Below the pieces are notes generated by a model, which was not told where the DNA came from, searched no databases, and saw only the letters and a list, made by a program, of their open reading frames with translations. Both the position numbers and the translations under genes were made by a program. A DNA stretch of 62,305 nucleotides, the filler included, from Basidiobolus ranarum (lineage: Eukaryota): assembly GCA_040143965.1 (NCBI GenBank). It is 8 parts of 8 records of this genome, joined end to end, with 100 filler letters (N's around TTAATTAATTAA, not from the genome) between each part and the next. Parts side by side here need not be neighbours in the genome. Positions count along the whole stretch, not along the records: positions 23,450 to 31,152 come from JASJQH010001078.1; positions 31,253 to 38,951 come from JASJQH010001079.1; 6 more parts are not named here. One strand, 5' to 3'. Every line of letters begins with the position of its first letter. The stretch's first letter is position 1. This document shows, in pieces, positions 25,271-39,051 of the stretch.

Positions 25271-27438
25271 AGTTCTTGATTTTCTTGCTAAAGCTGAGTA
25301 AGGACTTGCATGATAGCTTCCATTGGGGGTGCTGGCATAGACATAATATTGACTGTGTGGGGAGAGTGAGGTTTTAAAGCCACAAGTTTCTCTAGGAATA
25401 ATAAACACAATGAAATGTCCAACTTTTGTTGAAGAAATGCTCTAGCACAAGTTTAAGGATTGTCACTATAGCAAAACTGACACAATTTTAATCTATTTTG
25501 GATTAACCATTTACTTACAGTCATAAATTTGTCAAGTTGAATTTGATTTTAATCATTTTTTTCAGTTTCAAGAGTGAAATTTCAAGATCTTGCACTGCAT
25601 TCTTCCTTCATACTTTTGAAAATACTCCTGAAGCACTTTGACTATTTTGACACATCCTTGTAGTGTGACACTACTGAGGGTGCTTTGTGGCATTTGTGTG
25701 GCTTTTTGCTTGCCTTTAAGTTTGGGGCTAATTTCAACACTTTGAAAAGTATCAATTGAGGTAGGAGAGCCATGAGTTTTATTTGCTGGTGTTTTGGCTG
25801 GTTGAGAGGCACCAGGTGTTGGATAGACTTCCAAATTCAGTACTCTTCCAACTGGTGTACCTGGTTCCATGGTGAAATTAATCTTTTTTGCCAGTATATC
25901 TGACTCTGGAAATGCAGATCTTGTAATGATGTGAAGAATTTGGTAAGTGGGACAGTAAAGCCTAAACTCACTGGCTCCTTTGTTTTTCCCTTGGGCTTAC
26001 TAACTTCCTGCTCCTTGAATACTTCCTTAGGTGCTTTTTTTTCTTTTCCAAGTCAATAATTGCTTACATTTTTGAGATGTTTCATGAATAGACCTATACT
26101 TGCCCAAATGCCATTTGCTTGCACAAACCCTGGATAAGCCACATGAATTAAGACAAGAACCTTCAGAGTAATGCCCAGTTTTTGGTTTTTCCACAATTGG
26201 CTAAAATTGAGGTGATTTTGGGTAAGATTCTGCACAGTTTTCAAAACGTTAAACCACTCAGCATCAGAGCAAGTGATGGCAGCTCTGACATTGAGTGTCT
26301 TTTAGTTTCCTGGTCCTCCTATGAGATTTCTACCTCCATATGCCCAAGCAATTTTGGGTTGCTGTGTAAGCTTGGCAGCCCAATGTATATTCTGCTCTGC
26401 TAGCTTGTTATGGTGATGTTCATATGAATGGTGTGGAATTGATTGAAATCCTGTATGAGAATGGATGGATTGACCAGCATGTCACTGTAGCTCCTATACA
26501 GCATTCTGAAGGTCTTGTATCAATGTTGAGTGGCTCTTGAATTGTTGACTAGTTGCCTCAGAGTGCAGCATTGATTACGCTATTGCAGTGTTAATGTTTG
26601 TCATGGCCTGTATAGCAGCTTTGTAGTTTTTACTTATGATTGCATACAAATAAGTACAGTGTTCTGCCTGTGAATCACTTGTTGTAGTAATTCTATCCAA
26701 ATTTTGTATGGAGGGTTGTTTAATTGAGGGCAAAGTAGCCATTTTAGAAGTTGATGGTCTTGATGGTGTTTCTATTGAACTTTGCTCAACTATAGATTTA
26801 CTATATAATTGGGGGATTACAATCTGTTCACTTGCACTATTACTGGCATCAAATACAACTGGGAAATTGATTGATGCTTCATCATTACTTGTGTTAACTT
26901 CTGGCCCCTAACAGAAATAGAATCAATTTGATCTGGATTGGATACACCATTCTGGATTACAAAACCATCAGAGAACCATCAAAATATTGGTGGCTTACAT
27001 TCTGCCAAGTATTCTTATGGTAAGATGGTGGCTTCTTGATGGTATCTTGATAATATTCATGCATGTTAAAATATTGATCATCATATTTGGCATGTATTAT
27101 TTTATTTCTAGCAATTTTTGCAAAAATTTAATTTTTAAGTGTCAAATTACTGTGTTTACTTATGTAGGAATTTGAATTCTTATGCAAGCCCTTATTTAGA
27201 TACTTTAGACTCTGTATATCAGCCATAATGAGAATCAAAAAATACAAGGATCTTGTTGTGTTTAGTCTCTACATATGCACATACTTGACTGATTGGAGAT
27301 AACTCAGCAACATTAATATGCTTTACCAGCAAACTAATGGTGGAAAAATTGCTAAGGATTGGCACTATTGATTAACATGGACACTTGGCAAATAGCCATC
27401 ATAATTCTGATCTTGGCATACTTACCCACTGCATCTAT

Positions 27439-27565
27439 AAAGATTCATGCCAAAGTATCTTCCCTGTCCAGTCCGGTCTTGTCCTGTAATTTACATCAAA
27501 GTAAACTCCTGCCTTCTAGCCTCTTGTTGTTGCTTTCAGCCCTTGTCCAGTTCCTTATTGTGACA
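27439..27565 (+). repeat. LTR-like repeat family C fragment
   Basis: Aligns with about 8010-8146. Confidence 0.65.
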
Positions 27566-27729
27566 ATAGCTGAGGCTTGTTACAATTGACAATGAGAATA
27601 GGCTGTTGAATTTTGGCAAATTTACATAAAGAATTCAGCCATATTATCACCAACTTGCAGTCAACAAATGACCTGCCACAAGTAGATGTGTCATTGCTTG
27701 AAAAGATTACCTCTTGGCTGAAATGATAA

Positions 27730-29640
27730 TACTGCATATCTCAAGCTATCTCACCAAGAAGTCTGTCTCCCAGCTTTCTTAGAAATACCATCAGATTATG
27801 CCACTGACAGATTAGTCCTAATTATAGATGTACTTACTCTGTGTCTATAGATTGGGTTCTGTTGCTGTTATTGTGCTCAAACAATGCAAAAATATGTGAG
27901 CACAGCTTAAAAAGGCCTTTATTGGAATGTAAATATGCTCTGGAGGCTCCTGAACCTATTGCATTACATGCATCACTAATCTTGCTGACACATTGCTAAT
28001 CAGATTAGCATATGGTAAAACTGATGATTTCACATGAAGCATCAGTTCACCATGAGCACACTCTATGGGGAACTCCCAGGATGTAGAGCAAGGGCCTATA
28101 ATCTCTAAGAATTGTGAAAGATGCAGCATGGAATGTATTGAACTCTTGCATAGATTCAGTCTATCTTCTTGAAATATGTAATAAAGTTTTTCATATCTGA
28201 TTACAAAATCTTTGCACAGCCACTATATCTTACTCAGTTCTGCCAATGTGAGTTGATGTCATAAAAATATATTAACAATATCCATAAACAACTCCCAATG
28301 CTGTCAATACTAATCAGGCATAACTCTTTTCAAGATTCTACTTGCATATATACATATCCAATACTTCCAGTCTTTGCATTTGAAAAAACGGCTAGATGAG
28401 TGGATATTGATGGGAGTTCTGGTAAAATATAAAGGTATATTAATGTTTTCAAGCATTTTCCAAATTGATTCAAACTTTGATCCTATCTTAAATGGTTCAT
28501 TCATATTGAATTTTGCATTATATAGCTGAATAAGTAGTATTTGAATGCTGTTAAACAGTAAGTGCATAGTCCCTAATGGGAACCTCTTACTCCAGCTGAT
28601 CCCCTGTAGCAATATAATCTTAGGCTTATGGCTAATACCAAGTTTGATGTTAGACTGACTATTTGGTTAATTGGTATCAGTGAGCATGTTGAAGTCTGAC
28701 TGGGCTCTTGATGGTCAAGTCATAGAGTTTAGTATTGCATTTGGATAGTAGTAAAGCCTTTGCCTGATAGAGCAAACTCCAGTGATTTGACAAAATCTGC
28801 AGCAAGATAGTGGATTGTGCCCATAGAAACCTCCATGTTTACTGATGACAGGAGTGTTGCCAATACATACAATGATATCAGCTTCAATAAAATATTCACC
28901 TATCTGATCCCCATTATGTGACCATTCAAATTCTGCAATAAAAGATTAATTGAGTGTGAGACTACCCAGAGCCAATGCAAATGCATGATTGTATGTGTTC
29001 TCAAAGAAACCTTGACTTTTCAGATTCTGGTAGTGATAGCCATGAAGTATATCAGTAATACCATCAGCTTTATGATAAGCACTTTGGTATTGGAGCAATG
29101 ATCTATATTTGGGTGATTTAATCAAAACTTCAAGATGGGGAATCAACAGTATGTGAGCCAAATATAAATGATATTTATCTGATTCAGTGATTGCCAATTG
29201 TGTGCCAACAGTACGTGACTTCAGGCTTCTCAAATCACCAGTAAAAGTCAAACAACCATTTGGACATGAAGATAGTTTGATTACTGAAGGATTATAAGTC
29301 ATACAATTGACAAGTGTTTTCCACTTGTACCAGGTCTGTGGCAAGCAACAGTTGCTAATCAACTGGGGCAGAAGTGTCATAAAGCCACTAAGCACCTGGT
29401 TGCCATGATTGGATTGAATTCTCCACTCCTCAATTATCAAAGCTGCTTCCTTTACAGTAAGTGGTATGAATGGACTGATGCTTGCCAATAACAAAGTGTC
29501 TGTAGCACAACCATCACCTTCTTCTTCAACTTCTGCTATACTACCATCAGTACTGGAATAACTAAGGTCAACATCTAGCAGCATGTCCTCAAAGTTGTCT
29601 GGAATTACTGGTTCAACCAGAGGTTCATTTCTACCCAAAT
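27730..29640 (-). mobile_element. Decayed CACTA/EnSpm (Transposase_21-like) transposase
   Basis: CPNGCLTF, DILHG, GHNPLSCCRFC-like segment (about 28790-28830), TMHL and IPLYFTRTP..FKCKDWK motifs in the expected order; many stops. Confidence 0.6.
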
Positions 29641-30081
29641 ACTCTGGTCATATAACTTTGGTAACTCCACAGTATTTTGACTTTTGGCAGTGTTAAAAAA
29701 ACTTAGCAAAGCACAGCCAGTGGACTCAGTGGGCAAAACTAAAGTTGATTTTGTCCACTTTTTGCTGTTGATATTAACCAAGCTTTGTGCAGTGGGTGGC
29801 TTTTCACAGTGACCATGCTGTGTTTGTTTTTTCAATGAAGACTCCAGCTTTCATGGCACAAGAATTTGTGACAATAATAATAGGGCCACTTTAAATGTTT
29901 GTGTTGTGGCATGAGAAAGATATTGTAGAAAAAAGAACACCTTCTATGTAAGGGTGATCTCTTAGGTATATCACATCAATATCATCAGCTGAATATGAGA
30001 TGATGTCACAGATGAGTGATCAGGGGATTCACAAGATATTTTGGTAATTAATGGCAATTTTGGTTCATTATAAGCTGTTTC

Positions 30082-31152
30082 TGTTGAAATTAGCATTGCC
30101 TAAACACCTATATAGTCATATATGGCTTAGTACTTAGTTATCTTATAACTCACTAAGATACTAGCAATTATTCTCAATCAGAATTTACTCAGAATATTTT
30201 GACCAACTTAGAAGTTCTCAGATATATTTATTTTTCCAACTTTGTGCTAGAGGCCCCAAACTTTGCACACATGTTACTGGGACCTTCCTTAACACATTCT
30301 ACATATTAGTTTGTTTACATCTTGACAAAACTATAAATGTCAACTCTCTACTCAATAAATCAATAAGTGAAAACCACCAATTCCTCTGATTCTCCAAACC
30401 ACTTACAACAGGCGCCCAAATACTTTAACAGGTTATGAGCCCTGAGCTTGCACTCTCCATAATGTCTACTTCTCAAATTTATGGAACTTTTCCCTCTTCT
30501 GAAAAATTGGATGGAACCAATTATCAAGTTTGGAAAATTAAAATGAAAATGCTGCTGCATGAAAAGGGACTTTGGGACACTGTTGTAGGAGAAGAAAACA
30601 ATGCAAAACCTTCTGAAACCAAAGTTTTGCTCCAGGTTAAAAAAGAACAAAGTGCCTTTAGCACAATTTGTCTTAAGGTTAAAGACAAATTGCTAATTCA
30701 ATGTTCAAGAGCTAAAACTGCCAAGAAGGTAGGAAAAGCCTTGGAAGACACCTACCAAACATGTTCTGCTGCCAACCAAGATGCTTCTAAGAAGACAATT
30801 TTTTAACTTAAAGACAAAGCCAGGAGAAGACATTAAATCACTAATTAATAGAGTCACTATTTTAGTGGATGAAATGGAATGCATTGGAGTACCTACTACT
30901 GATCAAGATATCATAGTTATAGTCCTGAATAGCCTGCCACACAATTTTCAGAGCCTAGTAAAGGCTCTAGACTTAAGAACTGAAAATTTGACCTTAAATT
31001 AGGTATTTGGCAGTCATCTGGATGAAGATTTATGCAAATAAAGATTCAATCAAAAGAATGAAGAAAATGCTTTAATAGGCAATGGGAAACCTTCCTATAA
31101 AGGTCAAAAGCACTTTAAGAAGAAAAGTAACACATTCTGTGATTACTGTAAA
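30082..31152 (+). mobile_element. 5' end of a copia element (family B): LTR 30082-30430, PBS 30431-30444, gag
   Basis: TGTTG...TTAACA LTR followed directly by GGTTATGAGCCCTG; gag has KLDGTNYQVWKIKMKMLLHEKGLWDTV and VLNSLP. Confidence 0.88.
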
Positions 31153-31252
31153 NNNNNNNNNNNNNNNNNNNNNNNNNNNNNNNNNNNNNNNNNNNNTTAA
31201 TTAATTAANNNNNNNNNNNNNNNNNNNNNNNNNNNNNNNNNNNNNNNNNNNN
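31153..31252. other. Artificial contig linker
   Basis: Same spacer. Confidence 0.98.
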
Positions 31253-31364
31253 TCTTCCCTGTCCAGTCTTGTCTTGTCTTGTCTTGTGGTCTACACCTGA
31301 GTACTCTCCTGCCTTCTAGCCTCTTGTCATTGATCCAGTCCTTGTCCAGTTCCTTATTGTGACA
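31253..31364 (+). repeat. LTR-like repeat family C fragment
   Basis: (TCTTG)n tract and ...CCTTATTGTGACA end. Confidence 0.65.
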
Positions 31365-31486
31365 GGGAACATCTTCCTCTATGATAATGAGGTCATAACT
31401 TTGAATAGCAAGAAGCAACCAACCATACTGCTTTCCACTTCAGAAACAGAAAATATGGAGGCCTCTGCTACCACACACAAGGTTAC

Positions 31487-31835
31487 TGCTAAAGTATTTG
31501 GGGGCCTGTTGGAAGTGGTTTGAAGAATTAAAGGCATTGGAGGTTTTCACTTGGTGCTTTATTGATTAGCACGTTGACATTTATGGCTTTGTCAAGGTGT
31601 ACACAAACTAACATGTAGAATATGTTAAGAAAGGTCCCAGGAACATGTGTGCAAAGTTTGTGGCTTCTAGCACAAGTTTGAAATAATCTATATATCTGGG
31701 AACTTCTAAGTTGGTAAAAATATTCCAAGTAAATTCCAATTTAGAATAATTGATAATATCTTAGTGAATTATAAGATAACTAAGTACTAAGCTATATATG
31801 ACTATATATATGTTTAGGCAATGCTAACTTTGACA
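31487..31835 (-). repeat. Solo LTR of copia family B
   Basis: Reverse complement of 30082-30430; flanks GTTAC / GTTAA resemble a 5-bp target-site duplication with one mismatch. Confidence 0.8.
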
Positions 31836-31844
31836 GTTAAAAGG

Positions 31845-32494
31845 TTATGGAAGTTATTTAAGGGCACAGAGTACATCCAAATATATGCTATTAGTGCATT
31901 AAAAATTATTGAAGTATTGTTTCATTAGCTGAAAACCCTACATATCTTGCTTGAAATTCACATGTAGATATTAGACATCAAAATAAAAGTGAAGCAATGC
32001 AGTGAAACACAACAAGCTAGTCTATTGCCCTACTGAAGAAATGATTGCTTAAATCATAACCTAACTTTTTGCTAAAGCACCTTGTCTATTAATGAGAAGC
32101 AAGTTAGGTTCAAGAGAAATACAGAATGATTATTTAGGTTGGAATGTTGAAATCATGAAAATTGCTACTTGTTATCTAGTAGTTAGTTTATTAATATTTG
32201 GAAGAGTTAATCCTAATTCTGACATATAAAAACATGTGTTTGTTGCTCTAACTGATATATATGCCTATCTGGTTAATTTTACCCTATTTTGCTATTTTCA
32301 CAAAATTTCTCCATATCACCACAAATTTTCACTGCTGTTTCACAGGAATGCTTTTGTGATCTAATCTGGACTAATAGCTCTATCTTACAGTCAACTATAA
32401 ATAGGACATATGCTACCCAATGAATCTCAGGTGTTTCATTTTACAAATCCAAATCTTATCCAAAACACTTCAAAATCTCCACAACGCTATTATC
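31845..32494 (+). mobile_element. Copia RNase H remnant plus family A LTR (about 32146-32494)
   Basis: HVDIRH and YCPTEEMIA remnants, then a TGTTGAAAT LTR homologous to 5448. Confidence 0.7.
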
Positions 32495-33399
32495 AAACTT
32501 GTACCTATATAGTTCCATCAACTTGCTTTTTTACCTTCAGGGCCCATTTGCAATCTGTTTGCTTTCTTCCTGATGGTGAGGACTTGAGATGCACATTGTG
32601 TTTTATCTAACTTTTAATTATGTACCATCAATCTTGCCATCTCCACTATGATTCAATTAGCATGTTCTGTATCTTGGTTTGCTGTGATTTCCTCCACACA
32701 GTAATTTGTTACTTGACTTCATGTTTGGAGCAAAAGCTAGCAAAGTCAGCAGAGTAATATTTTCCACTAGTAGCCCTCTTACATATCCTTATTTTTGTGC
32801 CAATTCTTTCTCCCCCACTACTTTCTAATGCTTGAATATTGCTAAGGCCTGCAATTTAATTTGAGCAGGATTACCCTAGTGTATGCTGTGTATTTATAAG
32901 TAAGATGAGAAAATACCATTTGCTACCCTGAGAGACATTTGTGATAGCCCCCATTGATTGGAAGCAATCAGAGTAAGATTCTGAGTGGATTTAATCCCTC
33001 AAGAGCTTGAAATGGATGTCATGAAGTTTCCATAGATGTAACTATTATGATTTGCTGAATCATAGTAACCTAAGTATCTGTTAACTTACACAACATTCAG
33101 TATTATGAGTGAATCAGTACTAGCAGACTACCAATATTATCCCCAGATCAATATTAACAATTCCATTGGTTACAGTTATATAGTAATCAATCAGTATTAA
33201 GCAGCAGTCTTATGATGTGCCAGTACTTAGTCATAGTTGGTCACATCATTGTTCTACAACCATATTCCATGGAAGCTCATAAAATCATACTCCTACCCTT
33301 CTATTAGGTCACATGATTATATTGACCCTGCCATCCCATTATGTATGGAGATCTGCCATGGAACAAATTATTACCTAGTAGTCCCAACTTTGGTATCCT

Positions 33400-35197
33400 T
33401 TGAGCCAGTTGCAGCAAGGAATTGCTAATGCTAACCACAATCCACCAAAACTAACTATGTAAGTAAGTACCATGAGTATGAAACTTGAGTGGTATCATGG
33501 CAAAGCTTTTGAAAATGTTGGAACTTTGATCTTTCAGCTTGAGGAAGCCTTTAAAGTCAATGGAGTTCAAAATGCCAGCAAGCGACACTATGTAGCCTAC
33601 TATCTGATCACTGCAGTCTTTCAATTTTATAACTACAGAGCAAGAGCTGCAGGTACAAGAGAAATAGCAGCAATCACTACTTGGGAGCAGTTTAACATTG
33701 AAATTCATGATGGCTTTGAACCTCCCCATCTGCTGCTAATAATTAGAAGAAAATTAACATAGTTGAAGCAAGCAAAGACTGTGTAGGAATATATATACAA
33801 ATTCAGAAGCATAATGGACCATATCTACTGTATGCTTCAGCAAGACCAATTGCAACATTTTGCCCTAGGATTGAAAGGAATAACCAGGATAGAAGTAGAC
33901 TACCAAGCCCCAAACACCTTACAAAAGACAATCAAGATTGCAATAACCTATGATGCAGACATATATGGTGAGGGAAGACTATTAGCTACTGAGAACAAAC
34001 AACACTGAAGTTACCCCATGAGACCAAAGGAAAGAACTCCCATCATGATTAATTCCAGTAAAGGAGAGCTCACTATTGAAAAATGTAAGCAAAGACAATT
34101 ATGCTTCACATGCCAGAAGAAGGGACATTATGCTAGATATTGTCAGCATAGAAAGCCAAAGGAGAGTAAGAAAAGCTTTAACACTGTTGAGACTCTGCAG
34201 GCGTTAGAAAATAATCTGGTAGACAAAGCTGAGCCCACTTTGCAACACATTGCCAAATATCTTTGCAATGTGAAGAAGAGCTCAGGAAGACTGCTATGTT
34301 TGAATGGATTTATATGTGGGGCTAATGCCAGAATCATGATGGACTTAGGTGCATCACATGGGTTTATATCATCCTAATTTGACAACAAAGTACTAATCTA
34401 CTCAGATCCTACACCAAATACCGGAGTTTCTACTGCAGATGGAAGAGTAAACTGTCTACATTACATTGCTAGTCCCTGGTGTATCACTACAGGGGACTAA
34501 GAGGATTATATACAAGCTTACTTGTTTGACAGCTGTAAGCTTGACTTAGTACTTGGAAGGACAAGGCTATTTCAGCATAATACGTTTACTAGCTGGAAAA
34601 CACATGAGATTACTGTGACAAAAGAAGGCAAGAATTCTCAGCTTACCCCAGCTAAAAGGGAGTATAACCCTATCAAGACTAGCCTGAAGAATGATGTATC
34701 TACCGGTAAAAGCTGGTTTGGCCATACAGTCAGGAAAAATCAAGATATGTTTCCAATTACTATATTACAAGACAAGGAGTCAAATGATATCCCATTTGCA
34801 ATAAAAGAAGTAATGAAAGAGTATTATGATATGTTCCCAGAGGAATTAACAGAACTTCTATCTGCCATAGAAGTAGAACATGCAATAGATACAGCAGACA
34901 GTGAGCCTGTGAGAAAGCATCCTACTACATCAGTCCCTTGGAGCTACAAGAAGTTAAGAAGTTGATTAACCAACTCTTGGAGCAAGGATTCATAAGACTA
35001 AGCAAGTTACCATGGGGAGCACAAGTCTTGTTTGTCAAGAAGAAAGATGGAACCTGAAGATGGCTTGTTGATCATTGGGCACTGACCTCAGTCACTCTTA
35101 AGAACTGAACATCTTATCTGTAGGTTAGCAGAGCTACTGGATCCACTTGAAGGAGCCAAAATAGTAAGCAAAATTGAACTTGCATCAGGCTACAATC
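33400..35197 (+). mobile_element. Decayed Ty3/gypsy internal region (gag, protease, start of RT)
   Basis: CCHC knuckle CFTCQKKGHYARYC, aspartic protease MMDLGASHGFI, VEHAIDT and PWGAQVLFVKKKDGT RT motifs; interrupted at 35198 by a copia LTR end. Confidence 0.85.
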
Positions 35198-38100
35198 TGA
35201 TAAAAGTATTTAGGGGACTTGGAAGTGTCTTCGACAAGTTTTGGATTTGTGCTTTAGACTCTCAGGTTTTATTGAATTGAATATATCCTGTTGCTAGTTT
35301 ACTATGAAATTGGCTTTCAAAGTTTTGTGCATCAGGAGTAGGAGAGTATTCCAGAACTAAATCAAAAGTTCCTCTCAAATACATGAATATTTGATTTACT
35401 GCAGTTTTGTGCTCAGATCCTGTACTTTTGAGATATTGGCTGACAGTTCCTACCACCACAGCAATCTCTGGACATTTTCCAACAATTGTGTACATCAAAC
35501 TACCCACCATGGAGTGATAAGGGAACTCCTGGCTTTGAATTGAGTCTTTTTGGGCCAAACTGGATGCAAATTTGATCAATTTCACATTGGGATCTATTGG
35601 TGTTGATACAAGCTTACTACTCTCCATGTTGAAGTGCTTTATATAGGATGTATCCAGACTGATTCAGTATGATTTTTTGAAAGGGTGTTTTGCTCTTGAT
35701 CTTGGTTGCATGGAAATAACCCAATTCACCCATATAAGTCAAGTCATCCACATATTGAGCCAAGATACAGATCATATTTCTGGTTGTTTTCATGTAAATA
35801 CTTGACCTGCTAAGCATTTTTGGAATTATAGTGATTCTTGACCGGAATATATCTTGTTGTAACAAGCTGTGGGTGCTTACTTGAGTCCATATGGCAATTT
35901 CTGCAGCTTACAGACCATATAAGGATGTCAATCAATCCATCTGTTGGCCCATTTAGATCTCTTCTTCAAGATATCCATCCAGAAAGGCTATTTTTGCAAC
36001 TATTTGATGTAAATCAAGGTTATGGATGGCTGAGAGTGCCAGGATTAATCTAGTTGAGCTATACGTAGCTACTGGAGCAAAGATTTCATTAATAGCCACA
36101 CCTGGAGTCTGGGAATAACCTTTTGCAGCCAATCTTGCTTTGTGCCTTTTGCTAGTTCCATCAGCTTAGTGTTTAACTTTGTGGACTCATTTGCAGCCTA
36201 TTGGCTTTCTCCCTGATGGTAATGGACTTAAAACCAATGATTTATTGCTCTGAAGTGAAGCAAACTCATCCAACATTGCTTTTCCCCATAGTTATGATTC
36301 TGGACACTCCAGCGCTTGATCTAGAGTCTGTGGCTGATCATGGAATGCTGCATAAGCATCTACATCAAAAATGGGAGTGTATCACCAGTTTCCCAGCTTA
36401 TTTCTCCTTCTGGATGATCTTCTGGCTTCTGAATCATCCTCTGATGTCACTGGGACTACAATTGTGGTTAAATTGGGCTCAGATACAGCTGGAGTTTTGT
36501 CAGACACTGCCAGAATAGTGCTCCTTATGTTTTCTGAATCAAGAACTGTAACTTGAGGTGGAAATATGCTTTTTCATGAAAAATCACATCTCTGCATTTA
36601 ATTAACTTCTGATTTTTGGTTTCAAACAGTCTGAAGTCCTTTGATCCATCACAGTAGCCAAGTAATAATAATTATCTGCTTTTAGGTTCCAATTTAGAGC
36701 ATTGTTGAGCTGCAATTATGCAATATGCTGTGCAACCAAAGATCAAGAGATGATCCACACTTGGTTTTGATCCATATAGGGCTTCAAATGGAGTAGAAAT
36801 CTGTAGCAATCTTGTTGGGTATCTTGTCTTGATATAGACTGTATTAGTAACAGATCCAGCCCAATATTGGTATTCTAACTTTCAATCATGTTACATTGAT
36901 TTTGCCATCTCCACTATGGTCCTGTTAGCATGTTCCGCAACTCCATTTTGCTGTGGAGTATAAAGTACAGTAGCTAGTTGCTTAATTCCATGTTTAGAAC
37001 AAAAACTAGCAAAGTCTTTAGAGCAGTATTCTTCACCATTATCACTCCTCAGTACCCTTGTTTTTTGTGTACTGATTCTTTTTTTACCATTGCATTGTAG
37101 TGCTTTAACGTAGCTACAGTACTTACATGATTGATTCGTTCCAATTTTAGCTTTTTGGCAAAAATCCTTTTTCTAACAAAACTTGCAGATGATTGATTTT
37201 GTATTAGGGGCACCATTATTGAAGCCTGTTGGTTGTTTTACATCTCCAAAAATGCTTGTTCTGCATTGTTTTACTGAGAATTAGATCTCCTTAATTCCTC
37301 ATTGTTAAGCCCAGCATCAGCATATTCCATTGTTAATGGCTCTGATCTTGATTCTAGCGCTATTTTGAGGTTCCCAAACCTGTCTGGTTGGCTCACAAGT
37401 AGTGTCATGACTAAGGCATCTTCATTTAGAGGTGCTCCAATGGGTGAGAGGTGATCTGCCTTAGTTTTGAACCAATAGATATGATTAAGCATAACATCAT
37501 CAGAATTCATCTGATTTGAGAGTAATTTTAACTTAACATATTGTCCATTAGCCAGACTTTTAGTCTTGCTTAGTCCCTCAAGTGTTTTGCAAGCATTTTG
37601 CATGTTTTTGGCTGCTTATATGTGCCTTAATTGAGAGTCACAGAGATGTAGATAAAGTGTAGAGAGTGCTTTCCTGTGCTTCTTGTAAAAGGCAAGGATA
37701 GCTTCTGTGGTATCTATTGCCCTGTTTATTATCCTATAACAAATCCCCAAAGGTCCTTGTCTTCTTGCACCATTTGTATCTTGAACTTCCAAAGGTGAAA
37801 GTCTTCACCATCAAACTTAACTGTGGATGCAAAAACATTGGTAACAGCACTTGTAGACATTCCTTTAACAGCTAGCTTGGGGCTCATAATCTGATAAAAA
37901 TGTTCAGGGGATATGGAAGTGTTTCGGACAATATTTCAATTTGTGAATTAGACAATTAACTTTTGTTAAATTGAATATGTCCTCTTTATGGTTTGCTACA
38001 AATTAGGACAATTGGATGTGCTTAGATCATAACAGAAATAACTGTGAAGCATGAGTGCAAAATTTGAGGTGACTTAGAGAATTTTTGAGAAAATGGTGAT

Positions 38101-38244
38101 AATTGGTGAAAGTGATCTAATTGATATTTCTATCAATTAGGGCAGTAAACACCCTTTTTTTAATGGCAAATTTGAGTGCTAAATAATCAGAATATGACTG
38201 AGCTAACTACTAAATAAAGAGTTGCTATTTACCTGATTTCAATC
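35198..38244 (-). mobile_element. Degenerate copia element (family A) with internal deletions
   Basis: 5' LTR 37892-38244, PBS GATTATGAGCCC at 37880-37891, gag (37271-37860), integrase remnant, RT (AQYVDDL; YHSMVGSLMY) and a truncated 3' LTR at 35198-35310. Confidence 0.85.
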
Positions 38245-38456
38245 AAATCATAATAAACATGCCTGTTAAGCATAGGTGAAACTTTGAGGTGATTTGGAGA
38301 AGATTTGACAAATAGGGAAAGTTGGTAAAAGTTATCTAATTGATACTTCTATCAATTAGAGCAATATACTCACATTTTTGAATGGCAGATTTATGCGCCA
38401 ACTAATCAGAATACTAATAAACTAAGCAACTACTTGCTATTTACCTAATTGCAACA
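38245..38456 (-). repeat. Partial family A LTR
   Basis: Repeats the terminal ~210 nt of the adjacent LTR and ends TGCAACA. Confidence 0.7.
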
Positions 38457-38776
38457 AAATCAGAACCAAGTTAGACTTGAAGATATATCCAAGACCACCT
38501 TTCAGTTAAGAAATTGAAACAGTAAGTATCTTGGCATGAGACTTAAAATCACCAATGCACCATCAACTTTGCTGACATCAATGCTAAATGTCTTTGCCAA
38601 GTACTCAGTACAGCTTACATTATATACTTGCGTGACATCTTAATCTTTATCAAGAATAAGGAAGAACATGAACTAAATTTAAGAAAGGTCTTTGAGAAAT
38701 TCTAAGCTACACTAACTTGGTGGAAAACCCAGCATGTGCAATTCTTGATGAACTAAGTGGAATATCTAGGACACAT

Positions 38777-38951
38777 TAGACTTGTTCCATCTTATTGAGC
38801 CAGATCAGGCCAGCTAAAAAGTGTGCCAGCACAAATTGGCATGATTGGGCACTATCCGGCACTATGTTATATACCGTTTTGGAAACAGTTTATTTTACTT
38901 TTGTGGTATATTTTAGAAAAGTACTTTTAGACATTATTGCACATTCAAAAG
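38777..38951. repeat. Second copy of the contig-end repeat; probable transposon terminus
   Basis: Matches 7569-7724. Confidence 0.7.
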
Positions 38952-39051
38952 NNNNNNNNNNNNNNNNNNNNNNNNNNNNNNNNNNNNNNNNNNNNTTAAT
39001 TAATTAANNNNNNNNNNNNNNNNNNNNNNNNNNNNNNNNNNNNNNNNNNNN
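38952..39051. other. Artificial contig linker
   Basis: Same spacer. Confidence 0.98.

Noticed and set aside
25568-27175. ORFs in the middle of contig 4
   Set aside because: CpG-poor decayed sequence, probably mobile-element derived, but I could not assign a family
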